From positions 223,075-287,074 of the forward strand of contig QPGO01000083.1 of assembly GCA_008632985.1 (NCBI GenBank): DNA of 64,000 nucleotides, given 5' to 3'. The stretch is from Psammoneis japonica (lineage: Eukaryota). Each line of letters opens with the position of its first letter. Within the stretch, counting starts at the first letter, position 1. The notes under the pieces were generated by a model. The model did no database searches and was not told where the DNA came from. It worked only from the letters and a program-made list of their open reading frames with translations. Both the position numbers and the translations under genes were made by a program. Positions 38,401 to 50,169 of the stretch are shown piece after piece.

Positions 38401-39475
38401 GTGCTGGGTTCGATGTCTCCGTGCCGTGTCGGATCTCTTGCGGCGACGCGAATACCAAAAAGCAACCATGGTTCAAACTCACTGGCGAATGGCCGTTGCA
38501 ATGGCCATGCTCAAAAATCACCGAAAGGCCGCAATAACTATCCAAGCCATGGCTCGTGGGGCCATTCAGAGGCCAAAGTTCCGTGAAGCGTTGGTTGAGA
38601 AACGAGAGGAAGCCAAGCTGGAAAATCAGCTGAAATCTCTTCAGAAGAAGCTTGAGGAGGCAGAAGCCCGACGTGTCCAGGCGGAGAAAGATGCAGAAGC
38701 TCGCAGAATTCAAGCAGAGAAGGAAGCAGAAGAGCGCATGCGTGAAGTGGAAAGAAAGCACAAGGAAGAAGCCGCCAAACCAGTTGCGAAAACTCCGGAA
38801 AGTCCTCAAAAGGAGGAAGTAGAGGTTCCGACCCCGGTTTTGGTGTCGGAGCCACCTCGTCCTTTGGTGCCAGAACCACCCAGCGCAGTAGGACAGCTGA
38901 CGGAGCAGCAACAAAATCTCATGGACGAGAGCGGGCGCATGCTGGAATACCTTCGCAAGGAAGTATTCAAACTTCGAGGACAGAATTCTCAGTTGCGTCA
39001 AGACTTTGATCTGCTCAAGGAGAACAACCAGAGATTAATGGACGCCAACGCCTCTGCTGGAGCGTCCTTTGCTGCGTTGAATCAACACTCGAAGCAGTTG
39101 AACAAGACAAACGCCAAACTCGTGGCCGACTTGACTAGTCACAAGCAGCAGATTCACAAGCTCAATCTAGCCCAGATGGAACTAAAAGACGAGCTCAAGA
39201 TGAAGCAAGCAACCTATGTAGCAGAAGTCCAGACGCGTCTGCAGTTTCAAAAGGCAATGGGTAGAATAATCGACATGATTCAGCAAAGGTGCCGCGATAC
39301 TCGACTGGTGGAGGATGTGTTGACACTCAGTGATGAATGTGAGGCTGAATGTATGGATTCGCCGAGAGGAAATGACAACGGACCGTCATCCATGTTTTCC
39401 TCTCCAGCGCCAAATCCAGCCGATTCACAAAGCACCAGGAGCATAACCGGCGCTCTGCGGTCCTTCTTCTCCTAG
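35478..39475 (+). CDS. Myosin (motor domain, IQ motifs, coiled-coil tail); introns 35808-35878, 35972-36044, 36109-36176
   Basis: [50 protein letters not shown], IQxxxRG repeats; GT-AG introns restore the frame. Confidence 0.96.
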
Positions 39476-39904
39476 CTAGAGTAATTAGCTACAAACAGTG
39501 TAATTGAATGAAACGCACGCCGCCACGTTCATTCTAAGTCTTGCAGTACATTGTACAATTAATCCTCTCTCCCTTACCAACTGCTAGACCTATGATCTCT
39601 AGCTAGGTCTAGTACTTCAGGTTACTTCAAACTTTTTTCAGGCCCACACCTCGTCTTGAGTCGAGTCGTCGTCTCGCGGACGAATTGCGCGCCCAGGAAC
39701 GCGCGCGCTAATTTTTTCGCAACCTCAACGTCCGCTTCCGTTTTGAGCGTTGAAGTAAGCGGACATCAGAATTTGCCGCCAACGTCTTCGGCACTTTATC
39801 ACCAACTTGCTTTGTCTGCACCTCTTGTGTCTTGTGTCACATCCATCTGCTTCTTTTGTCTTGGCCTTAGCGTTGGTTCTCATCATTCATTCAAAATCTG
39901 TATC

Positions 39905-41080
39905 ATGAGTGGCACATGCTCTTTGTGTGACACGGCCAAACTGTTGTCGACCGTGTTGGACGGCGCTTCGGAACGAGCCGTGTTGATTTCCAACGACGGC
40001 ACCGTCTTGCACATGAATAACGCCGCCCGTCACTTTTTGTACGCGCCTCCTGATGGAAATGTAGTGCACGTGACGGACTTTTTAGTCTGTGATGATTGGT
40101 CGAGTGTCAAACACTGCCGTGTCGTCATGAAGAATCAAACACAGACGCGGACTGAACGAAACATTCACATCAGCAAACTGGATCCGTGTCCTTGTTGTCA
40201 ACACCAATACTTTACAGCGTACATTTGCAGCAAACACGAGCGTGTCCGGGAGGTGGTGGATCATGCGTTTGATCCCGTCTTGACAGTGGATGAGCAGGGT
40301 ATTATTTGCACCGCCAATGAAGCTGCGTCTGAAACCTTTGGGTACGAAGAAAGCGAGCTCGTGGGACACAATGTGAGCATGATTTGCGGAGGAGGTCATG
40401 CCGGACGCCACGACGACTACATGAAGAAATACATGGAAACTGGAATCAAAAAGGTTATTGGAAAGAACCGTGAGGTTGTGGGAAGAAAAAAGTGTGGAAC
40501 CGAGTTTCCCTGCCAGCTGGGTGTGCGAGAAATATCCGACGTGTCTTCGGGAAAGCGGTACTTTTGCGGTTTCTTCAAGGATTTGACCCTTATCAAACAG
40601 CACGAGGCCGAGTTGGAAGAACGTCAGGCACTGGCACAGGGCATGATTAATGCGTCTTTTGATTGCATGTTTGAAATTGATGAAGGGGGGATCATCAAGA
40701 TTGTAAACGATGCAGCCTGTCACATGTTTGGCTACAGCAGAGAAGAGTTTCTGGGAAGCAACATTTCCATGATTTGCGGTGGTGGGCATGCGGAAAAGCA
40801 TGCAGCGTACATGCAGAGATACTTGACTACCGGCGAAAAGCACATTATTGGACGCAAACGACAGGTCAAGGCGAGACGCAAGGATGGGACAGAACTCGAG
40901 GTGGAGCTCGGCGTGCAAGAAGTCACTCTTTCCACAACGGGCAAGAAGGCCTTTTGCGGATACATTCGTGACTTGACCGAGAGACAAAAGGACAAGCGCG
41001 CACTGCGTAGGCAGCATCAGATGATTCAAAACAAGTTCTTTGGTAGCAGGGAGGAGGAGGACGCAAACGAAGAAGAATGA
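39905..41080 (+). CDS. Multi-PAS-domain sensor protein (two FixL-type PAS), no output domain
   Basis: N.AA...FGY...E..G.N.SMI...H..YM..Y..TG....IG..R.V....K.G.E twice; ATG 39905. Confidence 0.88.
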   Translation: MSGTCSLCDTAKLLSTVLDGASERAVLISNDGTVLHMNNAARHFLYAPPDGNVVHVTDFLVCDDWSSVKHCRVVMKNQTQTRTERNIHISKLDPCPCCQHQYFTAYICSKHERVREVVDHAFDPVLTVDEQGIICTANEAASETFGYEESELVGHNVSMICGGGHAGRHDDYMKKYMETGIKKVIGKNREVVGRKKCGTEFPCQLGVREISDVSSGKRYFCGFFKDLTLIKQHEAELEERQALAQGMINASFDCMFEIDEGGIIKIVNDAACHMFGYSREEFLGSNISMICGGGHAEKHAAYMQRYLTTGEKHIIGRKRQVKARRKDGTELEVELGVQEVTLSTTGKKAFCGYIRDLTERQKDKRALRRQHQMIQNKFFGSREEEDANEEE

Positions 41081-41379
41081 TTAAGTGTCGTGAGTGAAGA
41101 AACAATAGCAGGAGTCGTACTCGTTAATTGTACTGCATAGCACTGTGTTGATGAATGCAGCCGTTGCCACAAGTGACTGCACTCTTTAAATAAATGATGG
41201 ACAGCTAGCTTAACGAAAAATCATGCTGGAAGGGACTCGTTTGTCCAGCAAGCCTCGGCGGATGTAAAAGAGATCGACACTGACCGCTACTGATCAACCT
41301 GTGTCAACAACGCTTCACTCGCGAATAATGCCTTTTAGAATCCACTCCCTCGCGCCATCGCTCGGGTCAGTTTCGTGCA

Positions 41380-42633
41380 CGACGTCTCCTGCTTGAGCCT
41401 TCCAGTGCGGGCTGATTCGTCCCACTGCCATGCGGTGCTGACTCCCCGCATCTGTAAGTGGAAATCAATCAACAGAGTTGGTACGAGACTCAACCCACTC
41501 GTTTCAATGATGAATGTGTTGCTCTCATTGAGGTTGCATCAACTTGTTGGTGCACATTCCTTGCGTTTTCTCCACTTTTGTGCTTCTTCTTTTGTGGCTC
41601 TGCTTCATCAACACCAACCAGCTCTCGTCGTTTGCCATCACTGGAAAACAGGAGGCTGACACTCTCATTCCTGGTGTGAGATTGAGAAGAGCAACAGCAT
41701 GACATGTGATTGAGCCTGTTGGAAGGACCAGGCCTGGTGCTCTTTGCAAACAGGGTGTCGTTGTGTTCCCGCAACAGCCCAACAGCTTTTGGCTCATTGT
41801 CACCGCTTTCATCGCCAGCCATGGCAAAAGTCGATGGTGTTGAGCCACCTGATGCTGCAGGAACACTCCCTGTTGTTCCCAAGGCTTCTCCTGGAGGAAT
41901 GCTGGTTGTTGGGCAGCTGGAATTGGTCGGAGGAGGTGTGACAGAACACACAAGGGGGGGTTGATGGATTGCCGGATGCGCACCTTGAGATCCCGCCAAA
42001 GCCATTTTGGCTCAAAGCAAATCTTTTTGTTGGGTCAAATTGTCAACATTCTTCTTGCACAGATTCTTTTCCCAATGTGGCACATTGGCAACTTTCAATC
42101 TCTCGAAATCACGGTGAGGTTTGTTGAGCGTGCTAAGATCCTTGATTTTCCTGTCCACGACTCTGCTGAAGTCCTTGGAACAACCCGTGGCTGATCTCGG
42201 GAGCACTGCTGAAGACCCCAACTTTGACAAATCAAGGTGAATCTTTGACAATGACTTGGCGCCATTCAAATCAAGCTTCAGTGGCTTCGATTGAAGTTCC
42301 ATTGTGAGCAGCTGATGGACAATTTGACGTGAAAATCGTCCGACACTCAGGTGGTGCAATTGGCAGCGAGCGACAGATGTGAATCAAAACTTCATCCAAT
42401 GAGCATGTGCTTCCCAGCATCAACAGCAACTGTGCAACGCATCGCTTGTCAAATCGTCATGGTCATGCAGTGGCAGGCCTCCGAATTTCACACACCATGG
42501 TGCGGTGTGTTTTTTTTTGTGTGGGATCCTTGAGTCCAGTTGAACGCGATTTCGTTCGAATCGAGCTCTGTGAAGTGATCTGCCCTGCAGCACTTGGTGA
42601 CATCGGAGCTTGAGTCGACGCAGGCCAACTGCG
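41380..42633. mobile_element. Decayed TpA-depleted repeat next to the copia B insertion site
   Basis: Composition only; Tyr-free ORFs. Confidence 0.4.
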
Positions 42634-42638
42634 TAGAG

Positions 42639-42833
42639 AGTTGACATCTGTCAATCTACCTGTCGACTGCGCGCAATCGCGCGCTTCAATTTTCAAATTC
42701 CGCCATCAAAACTCTGCTCGACACTGCAGTCATAATTTTCAGTCAGCAACTTTTGCAACAACAACAGCCACTAGTTTACAACCTTGAGCATCAGCTCTTT
42801 CGACATCTGCAGTTGTGCATCGGCACAACAAGT
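42639..42833 (+). repeat. 5' LTR of copia B
   Basis: Gapless match to 49907-50101 with 12 differences. Confidence 0.95.
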
Positions 42834-43337
42834 GGTCATCGAGCCCAAACGTAGTGTGTAGAGTCTTTAACCGGAACTGCACCGATCCACCGTGTTCTCG
42901 TCAGAACGCGACAGTCATCTCAAGCCGTCGATCGTCCGTTTCAAACGGAATCACCGTTCATCGATTCGACAGACGTCTCCAGTCTGTCGACGTTGATGCC
43001 ACGTACAGCTGAGCCTCCCTCCTTCGTCGACAGGCTCGCACGCATTTTCCCGCCGCCGGAACCGATCCACGGAGCCGGAATCATCATCGTCAAGCGTCAT
43101 CATTTTCGGCCGTTGCGACACCAAACCCGGATTGAGTCGTTTCGAACTCTCCGAGTCTGTGCCAAGTCAAGACCTGCCTCTCACGCCATTCGACGACGAT
43201 GCTCTCGTTGCCGATTGATTGTTGAGCTTCTGCGGCAGTCTCCCAACGATGTGGCGTCAAGAACTTCATTTTGCCGTTTGTGTTTCAAACTCTACGTAGC
43301 TTCAGTGCCAAGTTCTACGCATTGACTCAAATCCACC

Positions 43338-45539
43338 ATGGCCGGAACGCCGTCAAAGACTCCGTCCAAGACCCCCAAGGGTGCCAAGACCCCGCAACAG
43401 AGGAGTCAGACTCCTCAACCTTCTTGAACCGGCAATGGGACACCTGCTGCTCCCGCTGGTAAGAACAGCAGTTCCACCACAGGAGCTAATCAACCTCTGC
43501 CTCCTCCACGGCGTGGAGGGATCCATCCAGAATGTGGGCGACACATGGGCGGTTCTCCGTTAGACGACGACTGCAAGCCCAAGCTGCCTCGTTCCTGCCG
43601 CTCAACTGACCAGTCTCGCGACAAGAAGATTCTACCGCACATCGAACGTGCTCTTCGCGAAGCTCAAGACGGAACACTCGTCGTCAAGTTTGACGGAAAC
43701 CTCGAGCTCACAGACACGACCACCAACAAGCTCGATCAATCCCACTTCGTTCAAGCTGTCCGCACCCTTGTCAAGGAGCATGGCTTGGAGAACTTCTTCG
43801 CCATGAAGCTCGAGAAGAAGGTTGTGTCGCCATTCGACCATCTCCACTCTTTTATGGTCGACGAGGTGATTGCCGAGTGCCTTCATCGCGCCAACGTCGC
43901 CAAGGACTTCACTGCCTATGATGATTACGAGCACAACGATGTCGCTCTCTCCCAATTGGTTGTTGAGTCTAGAATCTCACACCAATTCCGCGAGAAGATC
44001 GAGGTCCAATTCGGACATGACGATCTCTTTGAGCACTGCCCCGGTCAAGTCTATTTGATGATGGCTTTGGATGCTTGCAATGCGTCTGCCACACATGACG
44101 TTGCCCAAGCCGCCGAGGATCTCGATGCTCCATCGCTTGCATCCTACCTGGGTGAGGACGTGACTGAGTTCGCCACCGAAGCTCTCCGTCTCACCAAGCT
44201 GCTCCAAGCCGGGTGTGCGTCACCTGTCAACCTCGGGTCGAGCATTCTCAAGAAGTGCCAAAAGACCTCATGTGAGGCATTCAATTGCAAGATTTACGCC
44301 AAGTTGGACAAGGTGTCGACCATGGAACACAAGCATCGCCTTGGCGATCCCAAGGCGATTGCCGCCAACTCCGACTATGATGAACTCGGGCCCACAGCGT
44401 GCACTTCCTTTTTGCAGAAGGAGCATCGCTTCTGCGTCACCGACAAGGATTGGCCCGGACTTTCCACCAAGCTCCCTCAGAGCAACAACGCTTCCAAGAC
44501 CGGAAAAGGGGCCTGCAATGCATGTGGTGCTCCAGACCACTGGGCCAATGATCCCAAGTGTCCCAAGTGTGCCGAACGTCAGAAGCGCAAGAAAGAGAAA
44601 CGTGAGCAGCGTCAACAGAATGGTCGCAAGGATGACCCGACGGTTCCACCTGCCACTGCACCGCCTCCTGCGTCTTCCGTTACGGTTGATGCTGTCCCTG
44701 CTGACAAACAAGCCAAACTCAAGGAGTTGCTCACCAACGAGCCCCATCGTTACACCCGTCCGGCGGACCTGTCCAAACCCGTCGTGAACAAGTGTGGTTC
44801 GACCACGTGTTTTTGTGGAAAGTGCACTTGCAAGCACACCGGCATTCGGGGGATGTGTGCGAATCACAAGGAGTCAGATCATGTTCGCAAACCACCGAAA
44901 CAAGAACCACCTGCGGCTGGTCTTACCTCCATTGACGACCCAGATTCGGGCGTCCCACCTGGGCCACCCACTCAGACTGCTCCAGACCCAACCAATGCGC
45001 CCGAGCCCTCTCCTGCTGAGGACGAGCTTGTTTGGACTGGATTCCATTGTTGTGTGGTCGAGGACTCGTCTCCTCCCACCCCGTCTGTCATGCGAGTCTC
45101 CTGCAAACCCGCTTCTGCATCTCAGAGGGAGCGCCTGCCGGTTGCAGTCGAGACCATCGAACCTGAAGATGCTGATGACTTCAGCGATTGCTTCGATGCA
45201 CATGACGACCTGTCTTGGGACGATTCCATTGTTGTGTTTCCGCCCATGACTGCTCCTTCATCCAGTGTCCCCACTTCAGGCACTCTGGCTCCTGTGGCAG
45301 AGTTCTTCTTCGATGCCGAGTCCGGACCCGAACCCGTGCCGGATCCACCGGTTCCCCAAGCTCACCATCCATTGCCATGGGATCTCCTCAAGCTCCCGCT
45401 CTTTTGGATCTCTGCAATGCTTTGGGAAGGTCTCCTGTGGCTCGTCTGCTCCCAGGATGATCCCCCCCCTCCTCCCCGCTGTGAACGTCGCCTCAAGCAC
45501 GCCCTGCGCTGCATCGCCACCCCCATCATTGGGGCGTGA
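43338..45539 (+). pseudogene. copia B gag with CCHC zinc knuckle
   Basis: CNACGAPDHWANDPKC; start inferred at ATG ~43338 with a frameshift into ORF 43545-45539. Confidence 0.75.
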
Positions 45540-48500
45540 TTGCGTGCGCAATTGCGCTTTGGCATTTTGTGTGCAGCGGCGCTGTCCCTCCCCACCCCTT
45601 TCAATCATTGGACCGCCTCTCTTCTCCAACATGCAAAGTTGTCTCTGCTCTCGATGAGCGCGTCGATCTGTCGCCTGGTGCGTTCGTCCAGTGCCATGCC
45701 ATCAAGGTCAGACAATTCAAATGTGAGTTGGCGTGCTCAGAGGGAGACAAGCAAGACACCGCCACTCTGCCTTTCGAACTTTCCAAGTTGGTTGACAAGA
45801 GTGACAACGACGATTTCTTTGATGCGCACACGGAGCGCCCCGTCCATGCGGAATGCTTCTTCGATGCTGCCACCTTCCGCGAGTCTGTCTGCTCAAGCCC
45901 GGATGTCTTCGGCATTGCTGACTTGTGTCACGCCTGCTACTTCGTCGACTGCACCAATGCTCCGGAGCTCGCTACGGAGGATCCATCGGCTTCCCCCGCT
46001 TTGCCGACCTCCGCTGCACTTCGTGCTGTTTCCGGGGAGACCCAACTTACGCGTCTCGCCGCTGATCCCCAGGCCCTCTTCCACATCGGACCAAGTGATC
46101 TCCAGGTTGTTTTTGATGCTGGTGCCTCACAGGCCATCACTCCTGACGAGAAAGATTTTGATGGTCCGATCAAGTGCTGCCGGACCCCGCTCCGCCTCGG
46201 CGGCATGGCTGACGGCATGTGCATCCCTGGTGAGGGCACCGTCACGTGGACCTTTCAAGCCAGGGAGGGTCACGAAATTGCTGTCCAGCTCCGTGCCCAT
46301 TTCGTCCCATCCTCCAAGGTTCGCCTGCTTTCTCCACAACGTCTCTTCCATGCAGACGGCATTGAAGGACATTTTTGGGGTGACAGTGAGATTTTCAAGG
46401 TTTGTTTCACAGACATGCCGGAGTTGATGCTCGAGTGCGATGAGCGCTCCCACTTGCCGGTTGGCTGCACGACTCTCGGTTCCATCCATGCACCACAAGT
46501 CAATTTGAGCACTGTCAGTGACCCGGACAATCTCAATCTGTCTGCTGGACAGAAGCTTCTCAATGAATGGCATGCGCGCTTTGGGCACTTACATTTTCCC
46601 AAGATCCAAGCTCCACTCCGCGGCCATCTGTTCGAGGCCATGAAATTCAAGGCAGCATCCAAATGCGACATTCCAAAATGCGACACATGCGAATGTTCCA
46701 AGGCTCATCGCCGTTCTTTGAAGTCTGCCATTCACAAATCCGACCCCAAGCGCGATGGAGCATTGAAGGCTGACCATCTCAATCCCGGCCAGTCCGTCAG
46801 CGTCGACCATTTCGAATCGCGTCTCAAGGGCCGCACCTGTGATTCACACGGCAAACCGTCCTCCCAGCAGTGTGTTGGCGGCTGCATCTTTGTCGACCAC
46901 GCCTCTGGTTACATCCACGTTGAACACCAAGTCGGTTTCTCCGCAGTCGAGACTGTTCGAGCAAAACAGGCATGTGAGACCATGGCAATGGGACACAGCA
47001 TGATCGTCCAAACTCACCTCACCGACGGCGGCGCTTTCAAGGCCAACCAGTTCGTTTCCCACATCCACAACTCCCAGCAACGCATGCACTTTTGTGGCAC
47101 CAATGCTCATCATCAAAATGGTGTTGCCGAACGCTCCATTCGGCCCATGTCCAATGTGGCTCGCGCCATGATCCTCCATGCTTCGATTCACTGGCGTGGC
47201 GGCATCGACAGCTCTCTGTGGCCCATGGCAGTGCACCATGCTGCCCACATCTACAACACTGCTCCCGGCGCCCATGGTCTGTGTCCCGCCGACATCTTTG
47301 CTGGCTCTGCCGTCCCACGCCACCGCCTCCATGATCTCCACGTTTGGGGTTGTCCTGTCTGTGTCTTGGATCCCAAATTACAGGAGGGCAAGAAACTTCC
47401 CCGTTGGCAGCCGCGTTCTCGGCGTGGTGTCTTTCTCAGACTCAGCAATGTTCACGCCAGTGAGGTGCCATTGGTCCTCAATCTCAATGCTGGCTCCATT
47501 GCTCCCCAGTGCCACGTCATGTTTGACGATCTCTTCACCACGGTTGCTTCGATCGTGAGGGAGAGCGAACCGCCGGATCACTGGGAAGAATTGTGGTTGG
47601 AGAACACCACTCAAATTCCCTTGGACTCGTCTGACAGACCGTTGTTCCTTCAAGATGACTGGCTTGCTCCTGCTGAACTTGAACAGAAACGACGACACGA
47701 GACTGGGGAACGCAACATTCGCGCTGCACGTCAACAGCAGCAGAACTTGCCAAAACCCACTGAGAAGCCACCACCTGCAACGGATCCTTTGCAACTCCAA
47801 ATCCACCGCCGTCTACACCATCGATGCCAACAACTGCAGTTGATCCATCACCGACACCACCGCCACAAACACCGTCGCTTCAAAACCCATCATCGCCGAT
47901 GCCTCCAGTTGATGATCCTCCACCTTCAGTCGTACGTCCGCCATCTGCTGCTGGCGATGGTCCGGGCACGTCAGTCCCATCCACGACTGCTCCAGTCCCA
48001 CCTGAACCCTCATCCACGACTGAGACACCAGGGGTGCGCCGATCCCAACGGTCGAACAAGGGTGCGCGCACAACTGCTCGTTTCGCCGACGAAGCATGTC
48101 TGGCTTCTGTCATCCCTGACGATGTTGGAGGACAACAGGCTCAGCTTGCCCATTTGGCTGAGATCCAGACTGACTGTGATTCGGGTGTTTTGGACATTCA
48201 GGACCCGCGGATCTACGCCACTAAAGTCAAACGCGATGCGGACAATCCGAACATTTGCGAGGCTCTCTCGGGTGATTTTGCCAAGCAGTGCATTGAAGCC
48301 ATGAAGACAGAGGTATCTGCTCTTGTCCATCGTAAAACGTGGCAATTTGTGAAGCGGGAGAAGCCAATGAATGTGCTCAAGTCCACGTGGGCATTCAAGT
48401 TGAAACGATTGCCGGATGGCACGCCGCTCAAGTTCTCAAAGCGCGATTTTGTGTCCGAGGAGATCTACAAAAAGAGGGAGTTGACTGCTTCGAGACCCAC

Positions 48501-49883
48501 GCTCCAGTGGTCCAACAGTCGACCATCCGTCTCGCATTGAGTGCCGTCCTACAAGAAGGATGGACCACCCGTCAGGTTGATTGCACCAACGCTTTTGCGC
48601 AGGCCGAGATGACGGAAGACGTTCACATCGAACCACCCAAGTGTTTTGCTCCCAGTTCGGGATCCAATGTTGTCTTGAAGCTGCTCAAGAGTCTCTGCGG
48701 TCTCAAGCAAGCTCCCAAGTGCTTCTTTGATAAGCTGCGTGAAGGATCATTGGAACGTGGATGGACCCAGTCGCAAGTCGACCCGTGCCTGTTTTTCAAG
48801 GACGGTGTGATTTGTGCAGTCCATGTTGATGATGCTGTCCTCGCTGGCAAGAATGGAGCCGCTCTAGAAAATGAGATCAAGGCTCCAGGCATCCAAGACG
48901 ACGAACAACGCCATGCATTCGAGTTGCGAAACGAGGGAGAAGTTGGTGACTTCCTCGGTGTCAAGATTCGCAAAACCGGACCCAAGGAATTCCTCCTTGC
49001 CCAGCCTGGACTCATTGACAAGACCCTCAAAACAGCTGATGTGGAAGATTGCCGCTCTTCTCCCACTCCTGGCACTGCCTCCCCATGTCATGCGGATAAA
49101 GAGGGAGCCGAATTCGACGAGAACTGGGACTGCCGTTCCGTCATCGGCATGTTGATGCACCCATCATCCAACTCCCGACCAGATGTCTGCTGCGCCACGC
49201 ATCAAGCCGCTCGTTTCTCATGTGCTCCCAAGCATTCTCATGCGATTGCGGCGAAGCGCATTCTGCGCTACTTGCAAGGCACTGAGGACAAGGGACTCCA
49301 TCTACGCCCTGGCGACAACGAACGTGTTGATTGTTTCGTTGACGCCGACTTCGCCGGCCTCTGCGGTCACGAAGACACTCAAGATCCGGTCAGCGTCAAG
49401 TCCTGCACCGGACATGTCATCTTGCACTGCGATTGTCCTGTTTTATGGGTTTCTAAGCTACAGACGCAAATGGCACTCTCCACAATGGAAGCCGAGCACC
49501 TTGCTCTGTCGGCTGCGATGCGCGATCTGACCCCGATTCGTGAAATTTTGAAGGAATTCAAGTGTCATGTTTTCGGTCTCACGGATTACAAGACCCCTGC
49601 CACCACCAAGTCCAAGGCCTTTTCAGATGTAAAGGATGGTGCGATCCCTTCTTCAGCAGTTTATGAAGACAATCAGGCGTGCCTCAAGTTTGCGAAAATG
49701 GCCAAGTTGTCTCCACGCACCAAACACATTGGCACTCCCTGTCATTGGTTCCGCACCAAGGTCGAGGCTCTTGAGATCCAGATTGAGCCTGTAGGAACTG
49801 ATTCCCAGTTAGCTGATCAATTTACGAAGGGACTTATTACTGACAAGTTTGAATCTGGTCGGTTGAGTCTCTCAGGCTGGTGG
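45536..49883 (+). pseudogene. copia B pol (protease, GAG-pre-integrase, integrase, RT, RNaseH), frameshifted and hypermutated
   Basis: VFDAGAS (PR), WHARFGH...CDTC, SVDHF/HLTDGG/NGVAER (IN), KARFCVRG, CGLKQAP, HVDD (RT), VDADFAG, EAEH, YEDNQAC, QLADQFTK (RH); frameshifts near 47800 and 48433. Confidence 0.93.
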
Positions 49884-49906
49884 CTCTACCTACGGTTGAG
49901 AGGGAG

Positions 49907-50101
49907 AGTTGACGTCTGTCAATCTACCTGTCGACTGCGCGTAATCGCGCGCTTCAATTTTCAAATTCCGCCATCAAAACTCTGCTCGATATTGCAGTCA
50001 TAATTTTCAGTCAGCGACTTTTGCAACAACAACAGCTACTAGTTTACAACCTTGAGCATCAGCTCTTTCGATATCTACAGTTATACATCGGTATAACAAG
50101 T
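49907..50101 (+). repeat. 3' LTR of copia B
   Basis: Follows the PPT; followed by TSD TAGAG. Confidence 0.95.
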
Positions 50102-50169
50102 TAGAGTGTACATTTTAGGCGGCGAGCGACAACACATAACACGGCATAATCTTTTTGGGTGATCCAACC

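Larger units (their letters stand above)
42639..50101 (+). mobile_element. Full-length Ty1/copia LTR retrotransposon (element B), inactivated
   Basis: 195-bp LTRs 42639-42833 and 49907-50101; TSD TAGAG at 42634-42638 and 50102-50106; PBS-like GGTCATCGAGCCC at 42834; PPT GAGAGGGAG 49898-49906; order gag-PR-IN-RT-RH. Confidence 0.96.

Noticed and set aside
40082..41029. 315-aa antisense ORF (likewise 4402-5631 and those opposite myosin)
   Set aside because: Shadow ORFs of genuine coding frames with no independent features.
43545..49883. Alternative genetic code (Cys or His codons read as Tyr)
   Set aside because: Host genes use TAY at conserved Tyr, non-coding LTRs show the same changes, and both TGY and CAY outcomes occur.
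42639..50101. Classical RIP, APOBEC editing or CpG decay as the sole cause
   Set aside because: These are C->T processes that do not remove TpA; conserved Tyr codons show TA is ancestral, and CpG is still abundant here.
42639..50101. Sequencing or assembly artefact
   Set aside because: Changes are context-specific, confined to repeats, and graded near genes. Considered unlikely, though raw reads were not available to exclude it.
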